A DNA stretch of 63,680 bases, counting the filler, from Octopus bimaculoides (lineage: Eukaryota), in NCBI RefSeq assembly GCF_001194135.2. It is 9 parts of 9 records of this genome, joined end to end, with 100 filler letters (N's around TTAATTAATTAA, not from the genome) between each part and the next. Parts side by side here need not be neighbours in the genome. Positions count along the whole stretch, not along the records: positions 12,699 to 44,638 come from NC_068995.1; positions 44,739 to 48,664 come from NC_068997.1; positions 48,765 to 53,321 come from NC_068993.1; 6 more parts are not named here. The stretch is one strand, 5' to 3'. A program made the translations under genes and the position numbers. Under the pieces are notes generated by a model, which ran no database searches, had not been told where the DNA came from, and saw nothing but the letters and a program-made list of their open reading frames with translations. Positions 38,633-52,160 of this stretch are shown in pieces (the stretch's first letter is position 1; the number at the start of each line of letters is the position of its first letter).

Positions 38633-39164
38633 CATATATATTACAAGGCCTCAGTGAAATAAGAATGCAAACACTTTCTTTCTATACTATTGATTGAAAG
38701 AAAGAGAGAGAAGCCTCTTAATTGATCGTTTCACAGCTGGTTGACTGCTCTTCAGAGGAGACATATCTTGCAGCTTCGTTTCTCAATTAAAAATTACAGG
38801 ACCTGCTATATAAAGCAATAATAAATTAGGGCTATGATGGTTAGCCTAATTTATATACTTCTTCTTTTGACAACTCGTCATTATTTAAACAGCATCTATT
38901 TTATGTATAGAAGAAGAACTGAATTCAGAACAATTGAAATAACTTTAAACCTTACCGAGCTTTACTCTGCATGAAAACTAAACGTAGATATATTCTCTTT
39001 ATGTTATAAATGTGTAGAAAACAGAATGGGGTTCTTAACGGGTCATGTCAAACTTTATTGACTACTTCCGGGAAAGACCTAGTTGGCTTCCATCCCCAAT
39101 CGATACGAGTACAACTTCTCTAGAAACCGAGAAACGGTGCGTTAGGAGATACAACCATTCACAT

Positions 39165-39374
39165 AAGAGATACCACCACGCTGGAAATAGCAGTCAAAAC
39201 TTGACTCTAAAACCACATTAAATGTTCATATAGCACCAGGAGAGAAGATGAAGAGACAAAATAAACTAGCAGAAATCCGGGATTTGGAATTATCCAATAA
39301 TTTTTGCTCGTAATTTTTGCAGTAATTTTTAGAGTCAAGATTTGACTGCTATTTTCAGCGTGTTAGCATCTCTT
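39165..39374. repeat. MITE-like element / inverted repeat pair (about 48-bp arms)
   Basis: AAGAGATACCACCACGCTGGAAATAGCAGTCAAAACTTGACTCTAAAA versus the reverse complement AAGAGATGCTAACACGCTGAAAATAGCAGTCAAATCTTGACTCTAAAA. Confidence 0.75.
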
Positions 39375-39478
39375 AGATACTCTAAATTATAATTTTAAAT
39401 AATTATTACCTTTGATGGTTGTTATTCCCGCTTGCTGGCCACCTGATAAAATCGGTATTTAAATATCGATCTTATCCT

Positions 39479-39510
<32 letters not shown>

Positions 39511-39597
39511 CTCTTTACTCTTTTTATTCTTTTATTTGTTTCAGTCATTTGACTGCGGCCATGCAGGACCTTTAGTCGAGCAAATCGACCCCGGGAC
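39511..39597 (-). mobile_element. SINE family B, 3' end
   Basis: TTGTTTCAGTCATTTGACTGCGGCCATG...GTCGAGCAAATCGACCCC. Confidence 0.8.
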
Positions 39598-40901
39598 NNN
39601 NNNNNNNNNNNNNNNNNNNNNNNNNNNNNNNNNNNNNNNNNNNNNNNNNNNNNNNNNNNNNNNNNNNNNNNNNNNNNNNNNNNNNNNNNNNNNNNNNNNN
39701 NNNNNNNNNNNNNNNNNNNNNNNNNNNNNNNNNNNNNNNNNNNNNNNNNNNNNNNNNNNNNNNNNNNNNNNNNNNNNNNNNNNNNNNNNNNNNNNNNNNN
39801 NNNNNNNNNNNNNNNNNNNNNNNNNNNNNNNNNNNNNNNNNNNNNNNNNNNNNNNNNNNNNNNNNNNNNNNNNNNNNNNNNNNNNNNNNNNNNNNNNNNN
39901 NNNNNNNNNNNNNNNNNNNNNNNNNNNNNNNNNNNNNNNNNNNNNNNNNNNNNNNNNNNNNNNNNNNNNNNNNNNNNNNNNNNNNNNNNNNNNNNNNNNN
40001 NNNNNNNNNNNNNNNNNNNNNNNNNNNNNNNNNNNNNNNNNNNNNNNNNNNNNNNNNNNNNNNNNNNNNNNNNNNNNNNNNNNNNNNNNNNNNNNNNNNN
40101 NNNNNNNNNNNNNNNNNNNNNNNNNNNNNNNNNNNNNNNNNNNNNNNNNNNNNNNNNNNNNNNNNNNNNNNNNNNNNNNNNNNNNNNNNNNNNNNNNNNN
40201 NNNNNNNNNNNNNNNNNNNNNNNNNNNNNNNNNNNNNNNNNNNNNNNNNNNNNNNNNNNNNNNNNNNNNNNNNNNNNNNNNNNNNNNNNNNNNNNNNNNN
40301 NNNNNNNNNNNNNNNNNNNNNNNNNNNNNNNNNNNNNNNNNNNNNNNNNNNNNNNNNNNNNNNNNNNNNNNNNNNNNNNNNNNNNNNNNNNNNNNNNNNN
40401 NNNNNNNNNNNNNNNNNNNNNNNNNNNNNTATATATATATATATATATATATATCAGCAACAGGATATCAAGAGGTGATACAGGACAACCGTTGCAAGCG
40501 GCTCCATTTAATTGAACAATGCAATCATTACATCAATTTAAATGCAGGACTATCCTCAGCTGCATAAATAAATTGAATTTTTTAATCAGTTGGACGCATT
40601 AATATAATTCTACTCAAATTCTCTAATAGTGCAAGAAGAGGGAGAAAGTCTATGCTGCTACTTGTGTGACTCAGAATATACTACACTTCTAAGAACTGTA
40701 TGAAGTTTGTTAAGGTCATAGCTTGCAAATGATTGTGGTTCGCTTTTAATTTATTAGTCTCTTTTTTTATCAACTTCCAAATCTAAAGCTAGAGGACATT
40801 TTGGTCTTATTCATCTTAGTTTGAGTTGTACGGATAATACCGCACTGACTTGGTGCTTCAACTTAAGTACCAAATTCAACTAAATCTCAATTACTTATGT
40901 A

Positions 40902-41060
40902 TACGAGGGGAAGTCAAAAACTATCCACACTTTAGCCATATCATATCTTAATTAATTGTCACACTGCCTTCTGTGCATACGTGCTTATAGTTGGTACTAT
41001 TGTGGTCACGTGATCGAAATTCGAGCCTGATCGCACCATTTTTCTTTCTGGCATGAGAGT
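40902..41060 (+). mobile_element. Mariner-like TIR-bearing fragment
   Basis: TACGAGGGGAAGTCAAAAACTATCC resembles the TIR start at 27973; no ORF seen. Confidence 0.4.
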
Positions 41061-41282
41061 GTATGTATGTACATACAAGCAAACTACGTACGATAAGCGT
41101 TTTTATTATATCTATTTCACGATATAATTCTCTGAATTATTTGTGATTGTTTTTAATATAAAACACCAAAAACATGCCTCTCACGTTTTACATTTTCGAT
41201 ATACAAGGTGAGTTTCGGACCCAATAAACTGTTGAAACTGAGGAACAACTGCGTATCTATATCTATTTCTATATTCATATAT

Positions 41283-41347
<65 letters not shown>

Positions 41348-42910
41348 NNNNNNNNNNNNNNNNNNNNNNNNNNNNNNNNNNNNNNNNNNNNNNNNNNNNN
41401 NNNNNNNNNNNNNNNNNNNNNNNNNNNNNNNNNNNNNNNNNNNNNNNNNNNNNNNNNNNNNNNNNNNNNNNNNNNNNNNNNNNNNNNNNNNNNNNNNNNN
41501 NNNNNNNNNNNNNNNNNNNNNNNNNNNNNNNNNNNNNNNNNNNNNNNNNNNNNNNNNNNNNNNNNNNNNNNNNNNNNNNNNNNNNNNNNNNNNNNNNNNN
41601 NNNNNNNNNNNNNNNNNNNNNNNNNNNNNNNNNNNNNNNNNNNNNNNNNNNNNNNNNNNNNNNNNNNNNNNNNNNNNNNNNNNNNNNNNNNNNNNNNNNN
41701 NNNNNNNNNNNNNNNNNNNNNNNNNNNNNNNNNNNNNNNNNNNNNNNNNNNNNNNNNNNNNNNNNNNNNNNNNNNNNNNNNNNNNNNNNNNNNNNNNNNN
41801 NNNNNNNNNNNNNNNNNNNNNNNNNNNNNNNNNNNNNNNNNNNNNNNNNNNNNNNNNNNNNNNNNNNNNNNNNNNNNNNNNNNNNNNNNNNNNNNNNNNN
41901 NNNNNNNNNNNNNNNNNNNNNNNNNNNNNNNNNNNNNNNNNNNNNNNNNNNNNNNNNNNNNNNNNNNNNNNNNNNNNNNNNNNNNNNNNNNNNNNNNNNN
42001 NNNNNNNNNNNNNNNNNNNNNNNNNNNNNNNNNNNNNNNNNNNNNNNNNNNNNNNNNNNNNNNNNNNNNNNNNNNNNNNNNNNNNNNNNNNNNNNNNNNN
42101 NNNNNNNNNNNNNNNNNNNNNNNNNNNNNNNNNNNNNNNNNNNNNNNNNNNNNNNNNNNNNNNNNNNNNNNNNNNNNNNNNNNNNNNNNNNNNNNNNNNN
42201 NNNTATTAGTAAATAGCTACCCCATAAAAATGCTTCATTGTTTTCTCGTGAAGGATTATATGTACGTGTGTGAGTGTGTACGTTCCTGCGTGCGCGCATG
42301 TGTGTGTTTATGCGCGCGCGTTTAACTATTTGTATGTGTGTGTGTCTGTGTGTGTGTGTGTGTGTGTGTCTGTGTGTGTGTGTGTGTGTATGTACGTATG
42401 TATATATGCATGTACGTGTGCGTATGTGTGAATGTGTGAATGAGAGAGGTAGCAGAATTGAGAATAATGTTCTTAATTGTCTGCTCCCTGACTGCAGTAA
42501 CCAGTTACATTGCAATTTCAAAGCAAAATTCCCTGAGCCTGCATTATGGACAAAACCCTTAAAAAATTATTTTTTGTGAGTTTAGTGTACAGTCGACATG
42601 AACATTATAACTCATCCCACTGCGCTTGGATGTATTCTACTCCTTGTTTCTGGTATGGTGTTAATGTCATCAATAAAAGCACGAAACAGGCGTAGTATCA
42701 GGTCTTCATTCCTTCTGATCAACCTCTTGTATCACTTAATACCAACTTTGCAAAAACATAGTCATCGCAACGACCACTGGATAAATAGTAAGCCTCCTTA
42801 TGCTACCTATTTTCAGTGCCTAACAGTTGGTCATGAATTTATGGTGATAAACCATATGCATATTGATTCAAGGTGTTGCATTAGGAGATTCCTCACACGT
42901 TCATGAACGC

Positions 42911-43171
<261 letters not shown>

Positions 43172-43790
43172 NNNNNNNNNNNNNNNNNNNNNNNNNNNNN
43201 NNNNNNNNNNNNNNNNNNNNNNNNNNNNNNNNNNNNNNNNNNNNNNNNNNNNNNNNNNNNNNNNNNNNNNNNNNNNNNNNNNNNNNNNNNNNNNNNNNNN
43301 NNNNNNNNNNNNNNNNNNNNNNNNNNNNNNNNNNNNNNNNNNNNNNNNNNNNNNNNNNNNNNNNNNNNNNNNNNNNNNNNNNNNNNNNNNNNNNNNNNNN
43401 NNNNNNNNNNNNNNNNNNNNNNNNNNNNNNNNNNNNNNNNNNNNNNNNNNNNNNNNNNNNNNNNNNNNNNNNNNNNNNNNNNNNNNNNNNNNNNNNNNNN
43501 NNNNNNNNNNNNNNNNNNNNNNNNNNNNNNNNNNNNNNNNNNNNNNNNNNNNNNNNNNNNNNNNNNNNNNNNNNNNNNNNNNNNNNNNNNNNNNNNNNNN
43601 NNNNNNNNNNNNNNNNNNNNNNNNNNNNNNNNNNNNNNNNNNNNNNNNNNNNNNNNNNNNNNNNNNNNNNNNNNNNNNNNNNNNNNNNNNNNNNNNNNNN
43701 NNNNNNNNNNNNNNNNNNNNNNNNNNNNNNNNNNNNNNNNNNNNNNNNNNNNNNNNNNNNNNNNNNNNNNNNNNNNNNNNNNNNNNNNNN

Positions 43791-44638
43791 CTGTAAGCTT
43801 GTTACGCAAAAAGTACGAAGATCTGAACGTGCAAAACAACAGAAATAAACGGACCGATACCCTACGAAAACGACGACCGTCAAAATAAAGGGCCGACGTT
43901 GTTCCTCATGTCCCGCAAACAAAACCAAAACGGCATAAATGGACACGTGAGAAATACATTTCGATCCTACACGCCTATTTTACAGCAGTGCTCTACCCAA
44001 AAAACGAAAACGCAACAACACATACATATAAAATATGGAAGAAATATAATCTAAATAAAGACCTCGATAAAACAAAGAACCCTAACAAACTAGCTAACAT
44101 AAGAAGATACATTCTCAAAGCAAAAACATATCAGAAATAGAAATAGAACAATTGAAAGGAAAAATACATTAGGAAAATCTAGATAGTAGTCACACAACAA
44201 TGCCAAATAATAATATAAACACTGAGATAGTAAAACACGAGGACAAACGTAATATCTCCGGCAAAAAACAAAAAACAACAAACCCAGACCGTAGAGATGT
44301 ATAATAATGTACAAAAAGCACCAATCCAGAACACCACAGACAAAACATATGAATGAAAAGGAAGGCAAAACAAATCTAAAACCTGGGAATGACGAAGGGA
44401 AACCTAATAATTACGATACTATGAAAATGAGAATAATCAAAGAACGGAAAACCACAGATCTTAGAATGGACCACAGATTATATCTCCCAAAAATCAAAAT
44501 AGACAATAAAACAACATCAATAATAAATAGCATAAACCTGGCCGTCACGGAACTAACAACCACAGAAACAACTGGCAATATCACTGAGCTAAATGACATA
44601 ATATATGCGGTAGCCACTGCAGCCACAAAAGAAGCAGG
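43791..44638 (+). mobile_element. R4/Dong-like LINE, N-terminal ORF region
   Basis: RHKWTREKYISILHAYFTAVLYP...TYKIWKK...NKLANIRRYILK and LYLPKIKID...NITELNDIIYAVA resemble R4-clade N-termini; lies across a gap from (AAT)n. Confidence 0.65.
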
Positions 44639-44742
44639 NNNNNNNNNNNNNNNNNNNNNNNNNNNNNNNNNNNNNNNNNNNNTTAATTAATTAANNNNNN
44701 NNNNNNNNNNNNNNNNNNNNNNNNNNNNNNNNNNNNNNTGCG

Positions 44743-44795
<53 letters not shown>

Positions 44796-44940
44796 TTATC
44801 TATATATTTGTCTGTCTGTCTATCTGTCTGTCTGTCTGTCTTTCTGCCTGCCTGTCTGTCTGTCTGTCTATCTATCTATTTATCCATCACTCTCTTTCTC
44901 TCTCTCTCTCTACATACATAGTACATACATAGATATTTAT

Positions 44941-44971
<31 letters not shown>

Positions 44972-45753
44972 TGCTTATACATACATATATTCCTTCAACT
45001 ATATTTTTTCCATTACTTACTTGCAACCCAAGTAACAATGCTACTCTCTCTTCCCCCTTTCTCTCCTCCTCCTCCTCCTCCTCCTCTCTTTCTTTCTCTC
45101 CTATTGGCAAAGGGAAACGGTCCGGAACATTAGATTTTCCATCCTTCCTCTTAGCAATTAAATTTATTAATCTATGCTGTAAGCTCTCCCATTGACGAAC
45201 AGTTACCAACGCAGGCCGTCACCTGATTTCTTGGATTCTAGATTTTACCATATTGCACAAACCACCATCAACACAACAAAAACAACAACAACAACAACAA
45301 CAACAAAATCCCTCGAACTAACGAGGCAGTTTCTGCACGCTCGTCAACCGAACTGTTAGCTAAAAATAGAAGCGAAATTTCCCTTAGACCGCACACTACT
45401 GTACAGAAATAAGAATGGATACGTTAGACAAAGCAGTTCTCTGTGAACTAACCAAAGCTGGGAGGCCACAACTGGAGCGACATTCATCGGTCTGCTTGAT
45501 CAAGGCGGAACTGGAATCGAACAACAGCGACAGCAACAATAACAGCAGCAGCAGCAGCATTATCCACAATGTCACTTGTGTCATTGGTCTCCGTTAAAAC
45601 CAATAACTCTGGTGTGTTTAGTGAAGGAGAATAAACCATGGCTTTATTTATAGCTCCGCTGTTTTTATGATTTTGCGTCGTGACATTAGAACGACGCGAC
45701 AGAAATATTAAATAGAGAACTTCTCAAAAGAACGCGCCAACGAAAATGTCTCT

Positions 45754-45963
45754 ATGTGACCGGTTTGATCTGCTTGAAATAGCAGCCAAGTCTCCCACAC
45801 TTGAAATGAAACCCAGTTGTCTTATAAAAAAAAACAGAAAGACACTTTAAGTAATGCTACTTTTGGTCACAGCGCCTTGGAAAAACAGGACGGCCACGGC
45901 TAGAATGCTAGAATGTCTTTAATCGTAGATCTAATTAGTCTGGGCTAACCTGTGCCGAAACAC
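45754..45963 (+). repeat. Unclassified dispersed repeat (GAAATAGCAGCCAA family)
   Basis: The motif recurs at about 17330, 34270, 39185, 57505 and 63378 in both orientations. Confidence 0.55.
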
Positions 45964-47129
45964 CGCCACCTCCGCCTCCACCGCCTCCGCTGCCTCCGCC
46001 GCCTCCGCCGCCTCCGCTGCCTCCGCCGCCAACTGCAGCAACAGTAGAAGCAAATCAAAATGATACGGTACGCATGTCTATAATTTTTATTTATCATTGT
46101 TTTTGTAACTATCACGATTTGACCTTTGACTATCTTCTGAAATTTGCCTAATGTCTTATCATAAATAAGTGTGTGTGTGTGTGTGTGTGTGTTGTGGTGG
46201 AAAGGCCAGCTTCATTTATGTAATAAAAATAAACCCCACCCCGGGGCAATCCCGGTTATTTTGCTTTTTATGCTTTCAGGATCGTCAGAATGAGCACCAC
46301 CTACATAAACTGGAAATGAATATCAGTGGAAGTAATAGCCAACCTTCCCTCCGAAATGCGCAGAAAAAGTCCTCTGTTTTAGTTTCATTCATATCTAAGA
46401 TTTTGTTGTATCCTGGGAGGGTCATTACGCCAATAGCAATAACACAAGCATTGGTTCAATTCCATTTCTTTATTGTTATTCAATTGGTTAAATATCCAAT
46501 CAACTAACTAATCGATCGCTGGTTTAATGTGCTGGTCGATTGGCTGTTTCTTTATCAAAGTCCTTTCGTTGCTAGTCGCGACGTTTTCACTGACTTGGTG
46601 ACTTCTCTTCTTACTTTGCCGAGGCCAAAGGAAAAGTTGGCCTCGGCACGATTTGAACTCGCATCGGAAGGAGCTGGAATGAATATAACAAGAGAATTGG
46701 TGTGACGTTCCAACGCTCGGCGACGTAACTACAGAGTGTGCCGCTCGAGGTAGCTTTTCACATTTGATCTCCTCCCCAGATGTAAGCCTATATAGGTTTA
46801 TACAGCAGAGCCAAAAGAGCCACCCTTATAAAAGCGTTGCTCGGGGCGGACAGCCCCTTGCTGCCCTAGATATGCTACTGCTAACGCTTCAGCCTATAAG
46901 CCGTCTTATTGCACAGCTACTAGAGTCAAACAACATGAAACATTTTTCAAAATGATTCATTCGTCATATTCTTCTTGTTTAATTCCATTCACATCGCTGC
47001 TTCTTATCAGAATATAATGATATCATTTGTCTTCTGTATTTGTCTGATACGATTCGACCAAAAGGAATGTTTTTTTTCCCTTTTATCCATACAAAACATA
47101 TTTTACGTCACCCACTTCTAATTTTAGGT

Positions 47130-47960
47130 TCATTGTTTCATGTTATACTGTTGAAACACTTACGCACAAACTGATAGAGCGCACACGCGCGCACACATAC
47201 GTATACACACGTATACATGGATACATCCACACACATGTATACACGCACACTGCNNNNNNNNNNTACACACGTATACATGGATACATCCACACACATGTAT
47301 ACACGCACACTGCCCCCCCCCCCACATATACATACTTGCATACACGCACACGTATTCACGCACACGTATTCACGCACACAGCACACACGTATACACACGC
47401 ATATATACACGCGTATACAGAAATACGTATACACATTTTCACACACATGTAAACACACACATGCACACAACCGTATACATGCACACACACACATATATAT
47501 ACACACACACACACACACGTGTAACGCACATTTAGACACTCAAATACACACACGTACACATGCACACACACATATACACACATACATACACACGTTTACA
47601 CACACATACACTCACGCATATACACGTACATATGCACACATGTATACTCATACACATAGGCACACACAGATACAAGCGCACACATACACACACATACACA
47701 CCTAGATACACTCACACACACATATGTATACACGCGCACACATGCACACACATACACACTTACACACACACATGTATACACGCGCACACATATACATACA
47801 TACCTAGGCACACATATACCCACACGCATATACACGCACATACGCAAGTATGTATACACATACACACGCGTATAAATACACACACACACGCACACACCTA
47901 TACGTACACACGCACACATATATACGCACAAACACACATACACACATATACACACACGCA
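47130..47960. repeat. Degenerate (CA/TA)n low-complexity tract
   Basis: Direct reading; source of spurious HTHT/CVCV ORFs. Confidence 0.9.
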
Positions 47961-48034
47961 TATTGATTCGGTAAATGAGAAGAAAATTACGGTGGTGTAT
48001 GATAGATGTTGAAAATCTTGTAGACATTGTAGTA

Positions 48035-48490
48035 TAGACGGTTGTGTCTTAGTGGTAGTGCAGGGATCGGTGGTGTAGTGGTGATGGTGGTAGTGAAGAT
48101 TGTGACGGTAGTTGTGTGGTAGACATCGTTGTGGTGATAGTTGCGGTTGTGGTAGATATTAAATTGGCGGTAGTAGAGATTGATGTGATTATGGTTTCGG
48201 TGGTGGTGGTTGTAGTAGTAGGGGTTGCAGTGGTGATGGTAGTAGATGAAGTGGGTGGTTTTGGTGGTAGCGGGATGGTAGTAGTATTGGTGGTGGTCAT
48301 CGTAGTAGAAGTTGTGGTGTGGTAGTGGTTGTGGGGTGGTGGTAGTAGTTGTGTGTGCGTGTGTGTGTGGGGAGGTTGTGACACATATGTTAGTGGTGAC
48401 AGCTGTGGTAGTTGCAGATATTATAGTAGTAGTATCAGTAGTCCTGGTTGAAGATGTGGTTAGGGTGGTAGTGGTAGTGATTGGAACAGT
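48035..48490. repeat. Degenerate (GTG/GTA/GTT)n low-complexity tract
   Basis: Direct reading; Thr-rich ORFs on the minus strand only. Confidence 0.75.
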
Positions 48491-48592
48491 TCTGCTAACC
48501 TGCAGTTGAACACTCATATACACACAGACCAATCGCAATAATTCCTTCTTCTTGTTCTTCTTGTTCTTGTTGATCTTCTTCCTTTTCTTCTT

Positions 48593-48623
<31 letters not shown>

Positions 48624-48791
48624 TTATTATTATTATTATTATTATTTTTTTTTTCTTCTTCTTCNNNNNNNNNNNNNNNNNNNNNNNNNNNNNNNNNNNN
48701 NNNNNNNNTTAATTAATTAANNNNNNNNNNNNNNNNNNNNNNNNNNNNNNNNNNNNNNNNNNNNTAATAATAATAATAATAATAATAATAT

Positions 48792-48822
<31 letters not shown>

Positions 48823-49759
48823 AAGAAGAAGAAGAAGAAGAAGAAGAAGAAGAAGAAGAAGAAGAAGAAGAAGAAGAAGAAGAAGAAGAGTAGGAGAAGA
48901 GTTTGTGAGCGCACACAATAGTAAGGATGGAAACAGCCCATATAGAAAGAATTGTAATAAAGATGTAAGCGGCGGCTGGGAATTTGCTACCCAGACCTAG
49001 GAACAACTCAGTATAGATTGGATATAAAGAAGAGAAGTGGAACGGGTAATACAGTACAGTACAATACAGCCAATTGTTAGATCTCTAAACAGAATATAAG
49101 TTCATGACTCAACCATGATAAGGGTAGATATTAAATTAAAATAGGAACTGGGAATAAGATAACACACTGGAGATTTTAGTAAGAAGAGATGAGGTTCAAA
49201 TCTTAGTATAAAACCCATAGAATATAGTGGTAATAGCAAATAATGATAATATATTGAAATGTTATTGAATNNNNNNNNNNNNNNNNNNNNNNNNNNNNNN
49301 NNNNNNNNNNNNNNNNNNNNNNNNNNNNNNNNNNNNNNNNNNNNNNNNNNNNNNNNNNNNNNNNNNNNNNNNNNNNNNNNNNNNNNNNNNNNNNNNNNNN
49401 NNNNNNNNNNNNNNNNNNNNNNNNNNNNNNNNNNNNNNNNNNNNNNNNNNNNNNNNNNNNNNNNNNNNNNNNNNNNNNNNNNNNNNNNNNNNNNNNNNNN
49501 NNNNNNNNNNNNNNNNNNNNNNNNNNNNNNNNNNNNNNNNNNNNNNNNNNNNNNNNNNNNNNNNNNNNNNNNNNNNNNNNNNNNNNNNNNNNNNNNNNNN
49601 NNNNNNNNNNNNNNNNNNNNNNNNNNNNNNNNNNTATATATATATATATATATATATATATTGTAAAAATTATATATCAATTTAACATTTAACTATCTAA
49701 AATAGTTTATACTTTAATACCCAATAATTCACTAGATAATCAATTAAATTTGATTACAT

Positions 49760-50510
49760 TTTCTAAACACACAATTTGAAAAGTGCTTACAAGATAAAAC
49801 ATGTTCTTCTCCGAGGTTAATAAGTTTCCTTGTCGATGTTAAATTTGATATATTTCCTCCACACAAAATGAGCAATTTTATAAGAACTAGCATGACTAAG
49901 TGTTTGCCATTCAAGGTTATATAGTTTGTTATTATTCTTTAACGTCCTTATAAATTTACATAAGCTGGTGCTACACAATTCTGCTTCTAAAAGTATATTT
50001 ATTGTCTGTAATACGTCATTTGATAAAATTATCTGTTGAATCAATATAAAAATAACTATTTCCTACACATTCAAACCTATATTCGTATATACAGTTATTA
50101 TGGATACACAAATTATTCAAATAACATTCACCCTTAAACCTACAATCACAAGTTCTGCTACACGACTTCCATTAGGGTCATTATTGGTGTTAGTATTATT
50201 ATTTATATTACTAGGAAAAAATATCTAATCTATTGTTTTTTATCGAAGAGGTAATTCTAAATAAGATTTTAGTATTGAAAAAACAATTCTAACTGTTTTA
50301 TTATTAATAATTTGATTATACCTATTTTCCCTATTGGAATATTTAGAAATAGATCTGTAAAAAATATTTAATGAAATTAGATTTTATTTGTCTTGCACAA
50401 GGATAAAAGAACCCAAATATTATTGTCTTTATCAAAGTTACCATTATGAGAATTATCAAAATTAACATATGGTGTATATTTTCTACTCATACATTTAAAC
50501 TTATAGTTAC
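49760..50510 (-). mobile_element. Penelope-like element 3' fragment (linker + GIY-YIG)
   Basis: Minus strand CDCRFKGECYLNN...IYEY...SYFYIDST...STSLCKFIRTLKNNNKLYNLEWQTLSHASSYK; the linker resembles 13940-14140. Confidence 0.7.
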
Positions 50511-50514
50511 TCCT

Positions 50515-50529
<15 letters not shown>

Positions 50530-50545
<16 letters not shown>

Positions 50546-51850
50546 CAAGGCCCAATGGAGGAACATGTCTTGCGGGGGACGTAACTGTACCCCACTTCAT
50601 TGTACTGTAGTAGTGTTTGTTGTTAGCCCGTTTTATTACCATATAGCGTAGGAATATCGTTGCTGAATGCCTGAGAAATTTTGTGCAGTCTGCTTCTTTG
50701 GATGGAGTGTGGTGCACCACATTCTCATGTGTGCATTGAGGAGCTTTTCCACTCCTTAATGGTCCTGTAGTGCAACTTCTCTCATGCGACGGACGTGTTG
50801 TTATTGACTGTCTGCCTGACTTGTTGGTAGGGAGGCACACTAATTACTTGATCCTAATTTGCTGTTTCAGTTTTTGTATGATTTGGTGGGTTTCCCTTTC
50901 ATTATGTTTTTTAGTGGTTATGTTGTACCGGTCAAAGATATCGGAGTCTATTTCTAGCTAAGTAAATCTTTGCCTCTATCTCATTGTTAGTCTGTGGTGG
51001 GATAAATACCTTTTGTTGAAGGGTACGTTTGCGGGGTAGATCCTCTTCATGTCGTATGATTAGTTGTTGGGTTTATAGATGACAGATTGTAGGGTGCTAC
51101 CTGTGTTACTATCGTTATGGTTTATTGTTGCTATTGTTGCTGGCATTGTTGTCGCTGGCGGAAGTGGTAGTAATGCTTGGGTTGTGTTCATTGTTGTTAT
51201 TGTTGTTGTGGTGTATTTTGTTTTTATTGTTGTGGATAGTCTTGATGTTGGTGGAGGTGTGGATGATGTAGTCGGTATTGTTGTCTGTGCGTGGGGCGTT
51301 GTTGTCATTGTTGTGATTATCATCGCTATAGTTGTTGTTTTGGTTTCGTATGTCTTTGTTGTCGTTGTTATAGTTGTTTCTATAGGGGATGCTGTGGTTA
51401 TCATTGTTATTGTCACAATTATTGGTGTCATTAACATCGCTATTGCTATTATTGTTGTATTGTCCTAACCATCTTATTTTTAAGAAAGTGTTTTTTCCAT
51501 CTCAGATAGACAATAAATTTTTCGGTGATAACTCTAAGGTATGCCTTTTATCCGTATCTAGCTGTACTGCACTGTATATTCCAGGAGTGTAAGTATTGCT
51601 CTTTGTTAATGGTGGTGGTGGTTCTACTGTTTTTTGTTGTCCTGGCGCCGAAATCCTGTGCTGGTTTACAATTCCGATATGGCAATCTCGTATGTGTTGA
51701 TTTTGCCAAACTGAGATCGTTGTAGTTCCTGTTTTATCCATCTGAGTTTGTTGTTAAAATGTTTGTTACAGGCATAGTTTATTGGTGGTATTCTTGTTAG
51801 ATGTTTGTTATGAAACTGTCTCTTTCATGTGGTATAGTTGTGCTTTTTAG
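50530..51850 (-). mobile_element. R4/Dong-like LINE remnant with Thr-rich linker, internally deleted
   Basis: DRYNITTKKHNERETHQIIQKLKQQIRIK parallels KYKIRK..VIEQLKQRI at 23450-23520; EKLLNAHMR..LHPK; ends at (GAT)n. Confidence 0.5.
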
Positions 51851-51865
51851 TTCATGCAGCAGGAC

Positions 51866-52160
51866 CATATTTCACTTCTGGCACGTAGCTTAGTGGTTAG
51901 TGCATTGGATCGTATGATTATAGTTTCACTTTCTGGGCAAGCAATGCTCATGTTCTCAGGCGAAACATTTTATTTCACATTCCTCTGGTCAACACAGCTG
52001 GCAACTAATACTTTGCACCCGTATTTCAAAAGGGCCAACCTCATCACATTTCACATCACGCCGAATCTTCCTGTTTGTGTAGTTCTCAGCAACTTGCAAA
52101 TTAATTTCACGAGCAGGCTGTTCCGTTGATAGAATAAACTAGAACACTCGCCGTCCTAAT
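51866..52160 (+). mobile_element. tRNA-derived SINE (family D)
   Basis: GGCACGTAGCTTAGTGGTTAG A-box head; body TTAATTTCACGAGCAGGCTGTTCCGTTGAT. Confidence 0.7.

Noticed and set aside
42598-42906. 102-aa ORF with a hydrophobic N-terminus
   Set aside because: No recognisable family; a length expected by chance in this window
46815-46850. TATAAAAG followed by GGGGCGG
   Set aside because: The GC box lies downstream of the TATA, with no Inr or LTR boundaries; insufficient support
47203-47313. 50-bp direct duplication around a 10-N gap (similar duplication around the 62766-62947 gap)
   Set aside because: Typical unmerged contig overlap
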